Shown: positions 1-8,257 of the stretch, piece by piece | How positions within the stretch are numbered: the stretch's first letter is position 1 | Layout: every line of letters begins with the position of its first letter | Source: Octopus sinensis | Taxonomy: Eukaryota | DNA: 11,268 bases | Direction: 5' to 3' | Assembly (NCBI RefSeq): GCF_006345805.1 | Contig: NW_021826952.1 | Span: 1-11,268, forward strand | Position numbers and translations under genes: made by a program | Notes under the pieces: generated by a model | What the model was told of the DNA's origin: nothing | Database searches by the model: none | Seen by the model: the letters and a program-made list of their open reading frames with translations, nothing else

Positions 1-278
1 AAAACACCTAAAAGCTCCACGAGGCTCGGCAGGCGGGATGGTGGTGATCCTGCTGTACTCTTTCACCACAACTTTCTCTCACTCTTACTTCCTGTTTCTG
101 TTGTACCTGTATTTCAAAGGGCCGGCTGTCACTCTCTGTGTCACGCTGAATATCCCCGAGAACTACATTAAGGTTACACGTGTCTGTGGAGTGTGCCCAC
201 TTACACGTTAATTTCACGAGCAGGCTGTTCCGTTGATTGGATCAACCGGAACCCTCGTCGTCGTAACCGACGGAGTGC
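1..278 (+). mobile_element. SINE body and 3' tail (head cut off by the window edge)
   Basis: 1-95 (AAACACCTAAAAGCTCCACGAGGCTC...CACAACTTTCTCTCACTCTTACTTCCTG) aligns with the body of the complete tRNA-headed SINE at 2619-2916 (minus). The tail ...GTCGTCGTAACCGACGGAGTGC resembles an abundant octopus SINE (recall). Confidence 0.75.
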
Positions 279-375
279 TTCTAGAGAATCATCACAGATT
301 ATTTGCTGACCAAGTCACCGTTGATTATCGGAGTCGACATAGTGTGGTAGTCTGGGTTTCAAGTAGGTTCTAGAG

Positions 376-594
376 CAGTGCTTTTCAACCTTTTTGCTGG
401 AGCGGAACCCCAAGGAAACATTCCACTGGCTTGAGGAACCCCTGTGCAATAATTTAATAGTCTTATGCACACATATCTGCACAGGAGAATTAAAAATTAC
501 TCCTGATTTTAGCAGTTTTGTAACTTCTTGCGGAACCCCTGGACTGTACTGGAGGAACCCTAAGGTTCCGTGGAACCCTGGTTGAAAACCACTG
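376..594. mobile_element. hAT (Charlie-like) MITE, 219 bp
   Basis: 15-bp TIRs CAGTGCTTTTCAACC (376-390) and GGTTGAAAACCACTG (580-594), 1 mismatch. Perfect 8-bp TSD TTCTAGAG (368-375, 595-602). Five subterminal GGAACCC motifs. Empty paralogous site at ~1148. Confidence 0.95.
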
Positions 595-1519
595 TTCTAG
601 AGACACGCTTTAACAAAAGCTAAGAGGTGCCTCGCCCCCAGTGATTTTCCAGCACAGTGGACACCAAGCCAGAATTTCTAAGGTCCCATAATTTAAACAA
701 AAATGAGTTAAGAGAAATAACTTTTAGTGGCCAGTAATATGTATTTACTTACTTGTATGTACTTACAGTAGCATTTACCCAGGAGGGGGTTTCAACCAGC
801 TTTGACCAAATTCACCATGTCCCTCAGAAACGCTGACCATATCCGATGGTTGGCCACAGTCAAGGCTGTAATGGATGTGACAAATGTCACACTGTGAGAG
901 CAAACACATCAGATAGTCCAGAAGCCATAGCTGTAATCATCATTCGCTGTTGAGGTTTAGAGTTCACATTCAGAGTTTTGGTAACAACACAGGTTTACAT
1001 GTGGCCCCCGGTCACACGCATACACATTTTGGGATGGTGTGATGTGTAGCAGTTCATCTTATCATTAATTGCGAATCGTCGTAATTAATTCACTGACCAG
1101 GTCAGCATTGATTATTGGAGCAGATACAGCTTGGGTTTCAAGCAGGTTCTAGAGACATACTTTAACAACAGCTAAGAGGTGCCTCACAGCACATTGGACA
1201 CCAAATCCAGAATCTCTGAGGTCCCATAATTTAAATAAAAATGAGTTTAGAGAAATAACTTTTAGTGGCCAGTAATATGTATTTACTTACTTGTATGTAC
1301 TTACAGTAGCATTTACCCAGGAGGGGTTTCAGCCAGCTCCGACCAAATTCACAATGTCCCTCAGAAACGCTGACCATATCCAATGGCTGGCCACAGTCAA
1401 GGCTGTAATGGACTTGACAAATGCTACACTGCGAGAGCAAGAGTGTTGGATAGCACAGACGCCATAGCTGTAGTTGTCATTCACTGTTGAAGCCTAGAAG
1501 TCATGTTTGGAGTTTCAGC

Positions 1520-1785
1520 AGGAGTATATAGCGGTCTGGCTGTTATACTCCCAATCGCTAGATCATGGTTCAAATCCCAGACAAGATGGCACATCGTGTT
1601 TTTGAGCCAAACACTTCATTTCACATTGCTTTTGCTCCCCCTTTCGATCAAGGAGTGTTGACCTGCTCACACAGCCAGCAGGATGGCCTGGTCTGATGGC
1701 TAAAACAATGCAAAGCGCATTGTGACCAGTGATGTGTAACAGCATCTGATAGTCTGGTCTGATCAGTCACAGGATCGATGTGACA
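1520..1785 (+). mobile_element. Degenerate tRNA-derived SINE inserted in array copy 2
   Basis: B box GGTTCAAATCCC at 1567-1578, followed by TTGAGCCAAACACTTCATTTCACATTGC, which is shared with the SINE at 6040-6229. It interrupts the tandem-unit alignment, which resumes at ~1787. Confidence 0.7.
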
Positions 1786-1975
1786 TACAAGTTCACGTGT
1801 GGTCCTTAATCATGTGCATAGTGTGGTCGGTAGCAGCTCATCTTGCCCTTACTTATTTCCTACACTCAAATGCTATTGGCGGTGTTGCCGTCCCTGACCA
1901 AGTCACCATTGATTATCGGAGCGGATGTAGCTTGGATTTGAAGCAGGTTTTGGAGACACACTTTAGCAAAATCAC

Positions 1976-2290
1976 AGATCATTTTTTAAAATGTTCATAA
2001 CAGACGACAAATATCGGGTTTGTGTTTATGGTCCTAAAACCAGGTCTTTGTCTTTGCAGCAGAAGGCCCTAAAAGATTTCGAGAAATCCAAGAAAATGTG
2101 ACATAGCAGCTATTTGCAATCACCAAAAAAGGAGTTCCAGGAATGTTTCCATCAATGGAAAGAAGAGGATAAAATGTGTGACCTTGGAAGGGGACTAATT
2201 CGAAGGAGATTAAATGCCATATCAGTATGGGAAGCAGTTTTCCTTTTTATAGAACCAGTTTCGATACTTTTTGATCAAACCTTCTATGTA
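1976..2290 (+). mobile_element. Internally deleted mariner remnant with right TIR
   Basis: Decayed translation FKMFITDDKYRVCVYGPKT (cf. ITGDEtWVYgYdPETK) is joined directly to RF.EIQENVT*QLFAI.KKEFQECFHQWK..DKCVTLEGD*FEGD* (mariner C-terminus). It ends in a TIR-like ...GATACTTTTTGATCAAACCTTCTATGTA. Confidence 0.85.
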
Positions 2291-2385
2291 TGTGTGTGAG
2301 AGAGAGACAGAAACAAACAGACAGAAAAAGAGAGAGAGTGTGCATGGTAAGAGACACAGCTTGAATGTTATTATGGCCAAAAATA

Positions 2386-2579
2386 TTTCCAAAAGTCGAA
2401 TCCCACTTGAAAGAAACAAGATTCCAAGACATCGTGGAAATCCAAGAAAATATAACAAGGCAGATAGCTACTTGCTATCCAAAAAAATGGAGTTCCGGGA
2501 ACGTTTCCATCAATGGAAACAGCACTGGATAAAGTGATGTGGCCTGAGAAACGGACGACTTCAAAAGGAGATTTAATGC
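2386..2579 (+). mobile_element. Mariner transposase C-terminal pseudogene fragment
   Basis: With frameshifts reads FPKVESHLKETRFQDIVEIQENITRQ..LAI..MEFRERFHQWKQHWIK..., matching the mariner C-terminal consensus FPKLK..LKG.RF...EI. Paralogous to 2072-2220. Confidence 0.85.
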
Positions 2580-2580
2580 T

Positions 2581-3090
2581 TTGCCATGTTCTCTTGGATT
2601 TCTTACATGTCTTGAAGTTCCTTCTCGAGCCATCCCTGGCTCATAAGGGCCGGTTTCCTGGTTTCCTTGGCATATAGGTTCCCCACCTGGACGGGATGCT
2701 GGTCCATCGCAGGTGGGCTGCAAGGTGCAGGAAGAAAGAGTGAGAGAAAAGTTGTGGCGAAAGAGTCAGCAGAAGTTTTGCCATTAACTTCTGCCTGAGC
2801 CACGTGGAGCTTAGGTGTTTCCCTCATAAACACACACATCGCCCGATCTGAGATTCGAACCCGCAATCCTTCAACTTTGAGTCCACTGTTCTAACCACTA
2901 GGCCATGTGCCTCCACCATGTCTTAAAGTCTTTCGGGGTCTTCTACTGCAAAGACTAAGCCATGGTTTCGGGATCATAGCCATAGACCCAATATTCGTCA
3001 CTTGTTATGAACATTTTCAAAAAGTTCTCGGTTTTCCTCGACACAAGCCAAGGAGATCTTGCGCAACTGAAACCCAAACTTCTTTCTGAG
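2581..3090 (-). mobile_element. Internally deleted mariner remnant interrupted by a SINE
   Basis: Minus strand reads QKEVWVSVAQDLL...NFLKMFITSDEYWVYGYDPETMA*SLQ*KTP (first catalytic D region), then jumps to the RFQD/EIQEN segment, which is split by the SINE at 2619-2916. Confidence 0.85.
2619..2916 (-). mobile_element. Full-length tRNA-derived SINE (~298 bp) with 13-bp TSD
   Basis: A box TGGCCTAGTGG (2895-2905) and B box GGTTCGAATC (2852-2861) on the minus strand. Flanking direct repeats CATGTCTTGAAGT (2606-2618) and CATGTCTTAAAGT (2917-2929), 1 mismatch. Confidence 0.9.
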
Positions 3091-3099
3091 ATGACCACA

Positions 3100-3282
3100 C
3101 TCTACTTACTTGATTTCCTATACTCACATGGTATTGGCGGCGTTGCTGATTCCTGACCAAGCCACCGTTGACTATCGGAGCAGATGTAGCTTGGATTTGA
3201 AACAGGTCCTAGATACACACTAAAACAAAGGCTAAAGGGTACCTTACTCCCAGCTGGCACCAACCCAGAATTTCTGAGGGCC
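3100..3282. repeat. Fourth, partial copy of the ~550-bp tandem unit
   Basis: CTGACCAAGCCACCGTTGACTATCGGAGCAGATGTAGCTTGGATTTGAAACAGGT (from 3153) matches 1894-1950. It continues to CCAGAATTTCTGAGGGCC, as in copies 1 and 2. Confidence 0.85.
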
Positions 3283-3691
3283 TGTGCTATTGCGGGATAG
3301 CCATTGAACAACATAGACAAATAAAGGTATATTAAATAATATACAACATAAATTCTCGATTTGTATCTCTCGGAAATAATAAAAATAGAGACAGCACGAA
3401 GGCGACATGCTGGTTTGATCCCGAAGCAAGGGGGTCACAAAAGTCCTTGTGATAGGAAATAGATATTGTTCGGTCTTCGCGGATCTTTGGGATCTTCACC
3501 TGCGAGATGAAGATGATGAACGAGGTTTAGCTAGGTATCGGTCAGGTAAAGTGAGCTGTGGTCCTTTTCTGAAAATCAATGACGGGTGAAGAGAAAAAAA
3601 AAACAACATAAAATGCTTTGAACTCGTGGTTTCTTGGCTGTCTGAATGAGAGAAAAAAAGAAAAATAACAGGAAAAAAAAAGAATTATTAA

Positions 3692-3804
3692 CCTTTAGCA
3701 TGCTGTAGGTACATCATGTCGCCATATAAGTATTTTCTTCTCTCAATGTGATACAGGAGAGAAAATTCATATGGGTGTCATGATGAGCCTAAGCATGCTA
3801 AAGG
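3692..3804. mobile_element. piggyBac-type (TTAA) MITE, 113 bp
   Basis: TTAA on both sides (3688-3691, 3805-3808). Perfect 13-bp TIRs CCTTTAGCATGCT / AGCATGCTAAAGG. Imperfect complementarity continues ~35 bp inward. Confidence 0.85.
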
Positions 3805-4064
3805 TTAATGGAGATATACTGCCAAAAAGAACATGTTCCTTTCTTTTCTGAGGTGTGATGTTATTTCTTTGAAAACAACATCTAGAGAAACTTGTTCAAG
3901 CTAACAAGCAGTTAAGTTTTTAACTATTCACGTTTCTCATTTCTCTGTCCATGTTCATTAATTTCTGTAAAGCTTTGCAATCTTCACCTGGGAGATGAAA
4001 ACGATGATGATAGAGGTTTTAACGAGGTGTCAGTCTGTTGGGCTGACCTGTGGTCCTTTTCATA

Positions 4065-4108
4065 ACCCATGTCAGAATAAGGAAAACGGACTTTAAAATG
4101 ATGACGAC
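4065..4108 (+). mobile_element. Short 3'-end remnant of an RTE-type SINE/LINE
   Basis: ACCCATGTCAGAATAAGGAAAACGGACTTTAAAATGATGACGAC resembles the ...ACCCATGCCAGCATGGAAAACGGACGTTAAACGATGATGAT retroposon tail (recall) and the tail at ~5960-6025. Confidence 0.45.
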
Positions 4109-4417
4109 AGATCGATAAAAATAAGAACATGATGCTCTGAATTCTTGCCTTCTTTGCTGTCAAAGACAAGATTTCTCAAGCTTAGGACAAATATGGTTGG
4201 TCTGAATAAGAGAGAAAAAAAAAAAAAAAAAAATAACACAAAAAAAATTTATAAACGAAGAAGTAAAAGAAACGCCCGGGAGGAAGAAAAAAAAGAATTT
4301 TTTTTTCTTTTTTTTTTCGTGGCGTGACCTTACTTCTTCGAACACAAAATCTGAACAAAGGTGCTCGAGCGAACAAGCAGTTTAACGAAGATTTTTTAAA
4401 GAGATTAGAAAAATTAC

Positions 4418-4559
4418 CCCCGCTTCCGACTCCTGTACTCATCCATGTCCATAAAGATCTTCACGGCCTCCGGAAAGAGACACTGCAGCAGCTCCCGCTT
4501 TGCATCCTGTGGTAAGTTTCCGACAACGATAGTCTTGTCCTTAGCCTCTGAAATGCTCG
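4418..4559 (-). CDS. Internal exon candidate encoding the N-terminal half of an RRM (nucleolin-like)
   Basis: Acceptor TTTTTAATGTTATATTTCATACAG| and donor GG|GTAATT enclose 142 nt (phase 1 to phase 2) with no stop: SISEAKDKTIVVGNLPQDAKRELLQCLFPEAVKIFMDMDEYRSRKRG. It contains the RNP2 motif IVVGNL and the start of RNP1 (RG). Compare nucleolin RRM2 DARTLLAKNLP...LKEVFEDAAEI...KSKG. Confidence 0.7.
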
Positions 4560-5120
4560 CTGTATGAAATATAACATTAAAAATCACATATAGTCTCTGC
4601 CGTAACAGGCTTTTCAGCGGGGTTATTTTTAAAGGATAGGGGTCGGTCAGTTGACATCGGCGATCGATGGCTAATTAGGTATTTTTTTCCCCCGTCAGCA
4701 ACTGTCCGTCCAGCCAGCCAGCATCCATTATTGAATGACCGATGGCCAACGGTACCAGCTGATGTATGTTTCTAGGTGGACACGTCACTAAAAACTAACA
4801 CATAGGGCGTTCAGTTAGAATCTCAGGGGGCCCCTGGCGGATGGTGCCTACACTGATGTTTGGTCATTTCCAGGTTCAGAATCAATCCAGCATGACATTT
4901 CAGGGTTCATAAGGATGGAATTTAATCCAGGTTCCCTTATGCTCGAGTGACTGAGACTACAGCTCCTCCTGCCCTACTTTGTGACCATCACCAGGCTGTC
5001 CGATGATGGGCTTTCTGGGTGAACCTTCAACGTCACCCTTCATGCTATTTGTGTTCAAGAATAATAAAGCTGTACTCTAGCAAATGTATTCAATGATCCT
5101 TCAATTTCAATGTTTTTATT

Positions 5121-5192
5121 ATATTTTATAAAAACAAACACAAATATGCATATATATATATATATATATAAAATATATATCTACAAATGTGC

Positions 5193-5265
<73 letters not shown>

Positions 5266-5338
5266 GGTACATTTGTAGATATATATTTTATGTATATATA
5301 TATATATATGCATATTTGTGTTTGTTTTTATAAAATAT
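5121..5338. repeat. Near-perfect inverted repeat: 70-bp arms around an (AT)n-rich spacer
   Basis: 5121-5190 equals the reverse complement of 5269-5338 at 69/70 positions, including the non-microsatellite words AAAAACAAACACAAATATGC and CTACAAATGT. Confidence 0.9.
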
Positions 5339-5697
5339 TCATATATATATATATATATAGATATACACGCACATGTATATATACACACACACATATATAT
5401 ATATACACACATGCACACAAATGTGTGTATATATATATATATGCATATATATACACACACACAAGTGTATATATATGCACATATATATATGTATGCATAT
5501 ATATATACATACACACATATTTGTACGTACACACATATATATATATTTATACATACACACATTTATAAATGTACGAATATATATATATACATATATATAT
5601 ATATAATATATATACACACACACACACACACAAACACACATATATATATGAGCAAATATGCATATAGATATATAAATATATAAATGCACAAATATGC

Positions 5698-5740
<43 letters not shown>

Positions 5741-5775
5741 CACATATTTATCTGGAAGTGTGTATGTATATTTGT
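5146..5775. repeat. Compound (TA)n/(CA)n microsatellite tract
   Basis: Continuous TA with CA/TG interruptions. Confidence 0.95.
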
Positions 5776-5779
5776 ATAT

Positions 5780-6025
5780 ATCTTTGTTGTGAAATCATGT
5801 GTTGATCGTAACCAAGCAGTACCAAATCACAGGCGGTGTTGTTTGGTTCCGGTCTTCCACGGAAGGGAACGTAACGTTGCTTGTGTCCAAGCAAGGGGCT
5901 GACAGCAGGAAGCGAAGTGATGGAATCTGGTCACCGAAAATCAGCCTCACCCATATACAAACAGACCCGCGGCAGCAAGGGACAGAGGACGTTATACAAC
6001 GACAAGGGTGTTGATGATGATGATG
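5780..6025 (+). mobile_element. Diverged 3' half of an RTE-tailed SINE with a (GAT)n tail
   Basis: Follows a microsatellite and ends ...GGACGTTATACAACG...GATGATGATGATGA. Resembles the 3' part of a microsatellite-containing octopus SINE (recall). Confidence 0.5.
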
Positions 6026-6039
6026 AGGAGACTGATTCA

Positions 6040-6229
6040 GGGCATCATATCGACATTACCTGTACAGGTGCACAATGTGCCATATGTCGGGTGACGAAAT
6101 GATCGCAGAGCAATGTGAAATGAAGTGCTTTGCTCAAGAATGCAACACAATGCCCAGTCTAGGGATCGAACCCACAATCTCACATCTTGAATGCAACACC
6201 CTAACCACTAAGCCATGTGGTTTTGCACC
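6040..6229 (-). mobile_element. tRNA-derived SINE
   Basis: Minus-strand A box TGGCTTAGTGG (6205-6215) and B box GGTTCGATCCC (6162-6172). The body TTGAGCAAAGCACTTCATTTCACATTGCT is shared with 1520-1785. Confidence 0.8.
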
Positions 6230-6277
6230 TATATATATATATATATATATACTGTGTGTAATATAAATGTGTATATG

Positions 6278-6308
<31 letters not shown>

Positions 6309-6720
6309 GTGTGTGTGATATATATATATGTATATATTATATATGTATATATTGTGTATATATATAATATATGTATTATATGTGTATATATATATATGTA
6401 TATATATGTGTATATATTATATATGTATATGTGTATATATATATATGTATATATGTGTATATATATATATATGTATATATATGTGTATATATATATATAT
6501 ATGGTATAAGATATGTGTATATATATATATGTATATATGTATAATGTATATATATGTATATATATATATATATGTATAATATATGTATATATATGTATAT
6601 ATATATATGTATATTATATATATATATATATATATGTAATAATATATATATTATATATATATATATATTATATATCATATATATATATATATTATATATA
6701 TGTATATATATGTATAATAT

Positions 6721-6771
<51 letters not shown>

Positions 6772-7815
6772 CTATCATCTATATATATGTCTAATATACA
6801 TATATATGTATATATATATCATATATGTATATATACATATATATGTATACTATATATGTATCATATACATACATATATGTATATAATATATTATATATAC
6901 ATATATATATATACACATATATATACATATATGTATATATACATATTATTATACTACATATACATATATATATATATGTACATATTATATATACATATAT
7001 GCTATATACATATACATATATATGTACATATATATATACATATATGTATATATACATAACATATATATACATATACATATATATTACATATATATATACA
7101 TATATGTATATATACATATACCATATATATATATATGTACATATATATATATACATATACATATATATATGTACATATATATATACATATATATATGTAC
7201 ATATATATATCACATATATAATTATATACATATATATATACACATATATATATACACACATATTATACACCCATATATATACACATATATATATACACAT
7301 AAATACACAATACACACCCACACAATATATATATACATATATATATACACATATATATATATAATTACTATATATATATATCCACGTTATATATATAACA
7401 CATACACATATATACATATACACATATATATATGCACATAGATATATACACATATATACACATATATATATACACATATATTATACCATATATATATACA
7501 TATATATATCCACATATATACCATATATATATACATATATATATACACATATATATATAATACATATATATATAACATATATACACAGACATATATATAT
7601 ACACATATAGACACATATATCACACTATATATTATTACATATATATAACACATATATCACATATATACACATAACCTATATTATATACACATATATACAC
7701 ATATATACACATATATATATATACATATATATATACACATATATACACATACCTATATATATAACACATATATACACATACATATATATATCCACATATA
7801 TACACATATATACAC

Positions 7816-7850
<35 letters not shown>

Positions 7851-7875
7851 TATATATAACACACACACATATATA
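6230..7875. repeat. ~1.6-kb degenerate TA-rich simple repeat
   Basis: TA tract with mostly G interruptions in the first third and mostly C interruptions afterwards. Confidence 0.95.
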
Positions 7876-7917
7876 GAACAGCATCCATCAGTTTGTTTTT
7901 TTTTCCGACCCTCCAAG

Positions 7918-7987
7918 ACTCGTGCGGAACAAAGCTATCTTCAAAACGAGAGACAAACGCTGCTGCACTTCACAACTGCAGCAACAG
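7918..7987 (+). other. Possible small exon (unconfirmed)
   Basis: T-rich acceptor ...TTTTTTTTCCGACCCTCCAAG| and strong donor CAG|GTATGT. 70 nt, open in all three frames. No recognised homology. Confidence 0.25.
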
Positions 7988-8257
7988 GTATGTTGCACCG
8001 ATATATAAAGTCAGATCGGAATCTATAACTTCTGCTGCAAGGATAAAAAAAAAAAACAGATGGTGCCAGTCTGACGACGATGGCCATCCAGCTGAGATAG
8101 AAGCACAGAGCGGACAACGTGGATAATAAATCATGCTGCAAGTCGTTGGATGTCGATATGATAATTTGTAAAGAGATGGTCAAGGCACTCACAGGAGGTC
8201 AGGTACTGGTGCTTGGGAATGAGCCAGTCTTGACCAGTGTACCTTTGTGCGTGGGTA

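Larger units (their letters stand above)
306..1970. repeat. Diverged head-to-tail tandem array, ~540-560 bp unit (copies start at 306, 1093, 1894)
   Basis: The anchor CTGACCA(A/G)GTCA..(G/A)TTGATTAT(C/T)GGAG recurs at 306, 1093 and 1894. 690-900 and 1227-1437 are nearly identical. Spacing is 787 and 801 bp, or ~560 and ~535 after removing the MITE and the SINE. Confidence 0.9.
3490..4520. repeat. Old ~480-bp tandem triplication
   Basis: ATCTTCAC at 3492, 3980 and 4457, each followed 50-68 nt later by CTGTGGT. GTCTGAAT(A)AGAG-poly(A) at ~3640 and ~4200. AACAAGCAGTT at ~3903 and ~4372, with ~75% similar flanks. Confidence 0.7.

Noticed and set aside
1231-1440. Cys-rich ORF (CSICQVHYSLDCGQP...) conserved between tandem copies 1 and 2
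   Set aside because: Differences between copies are mostly nonsynonymous, there is an indel near the end, and no domain was recognised.
1894-1945. LIIGADV peptide resembling Argonaute PIWI or LINE endonuclease motifs
   Set aside because: Only ~7 residues match and stops follow immediately in every copy.
2840-2916. tRNA-like sequences with A/B boxes (also 6160-6229 and 1530-1578)
   Set aside because: They continue into SINE bodies, one has a TSD, and no clean cloverleaf is evident. These are SINE heads, not tRNA genes.
306-3282. CRISPR-like or prokaryotic repeat-spacer array
   Set aside because: Units are ~550 bp, diverged and TE-interrupted in a clearly eukaryotic context; there are no short identical repeats and no cas genes.
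3505-4140. C-box (ATGATGA) and D-box (CTGA) pairs suggesting a snoRNA cluster
   Set aside because: Spacing is short or inconsistent, there are no terminal stems, the D box is not conserved between paralogous units, and one pair is a retroposon (GAT)n tail.
4334-4350. 17-nt micro-exon candidate after the RRM exon (TTCAG|...|GTAAGG, 67-nt intron)
   Set aside because: It gives RG-FCVRR, which does not complete RNP1 or continue an RRM.
4992-5043. Possible first coding exon on the minus strand, MKGDVEGSPRKPIIGQP, phase-compatible with the RRM exon
   Set aside because: The donor (G|GTGATG) is weak and there is no homology; phase compatibility alone is a one-in-three chance.
5110-7653. Long Y/I/H/T-rich ORFs (up to 228 aa), also at 8345-8732 and 9312-10118
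   Set aside because: These are translations of TA/CA/TG microsatellites, which lack stop codons in several frames; there is no protein signal.
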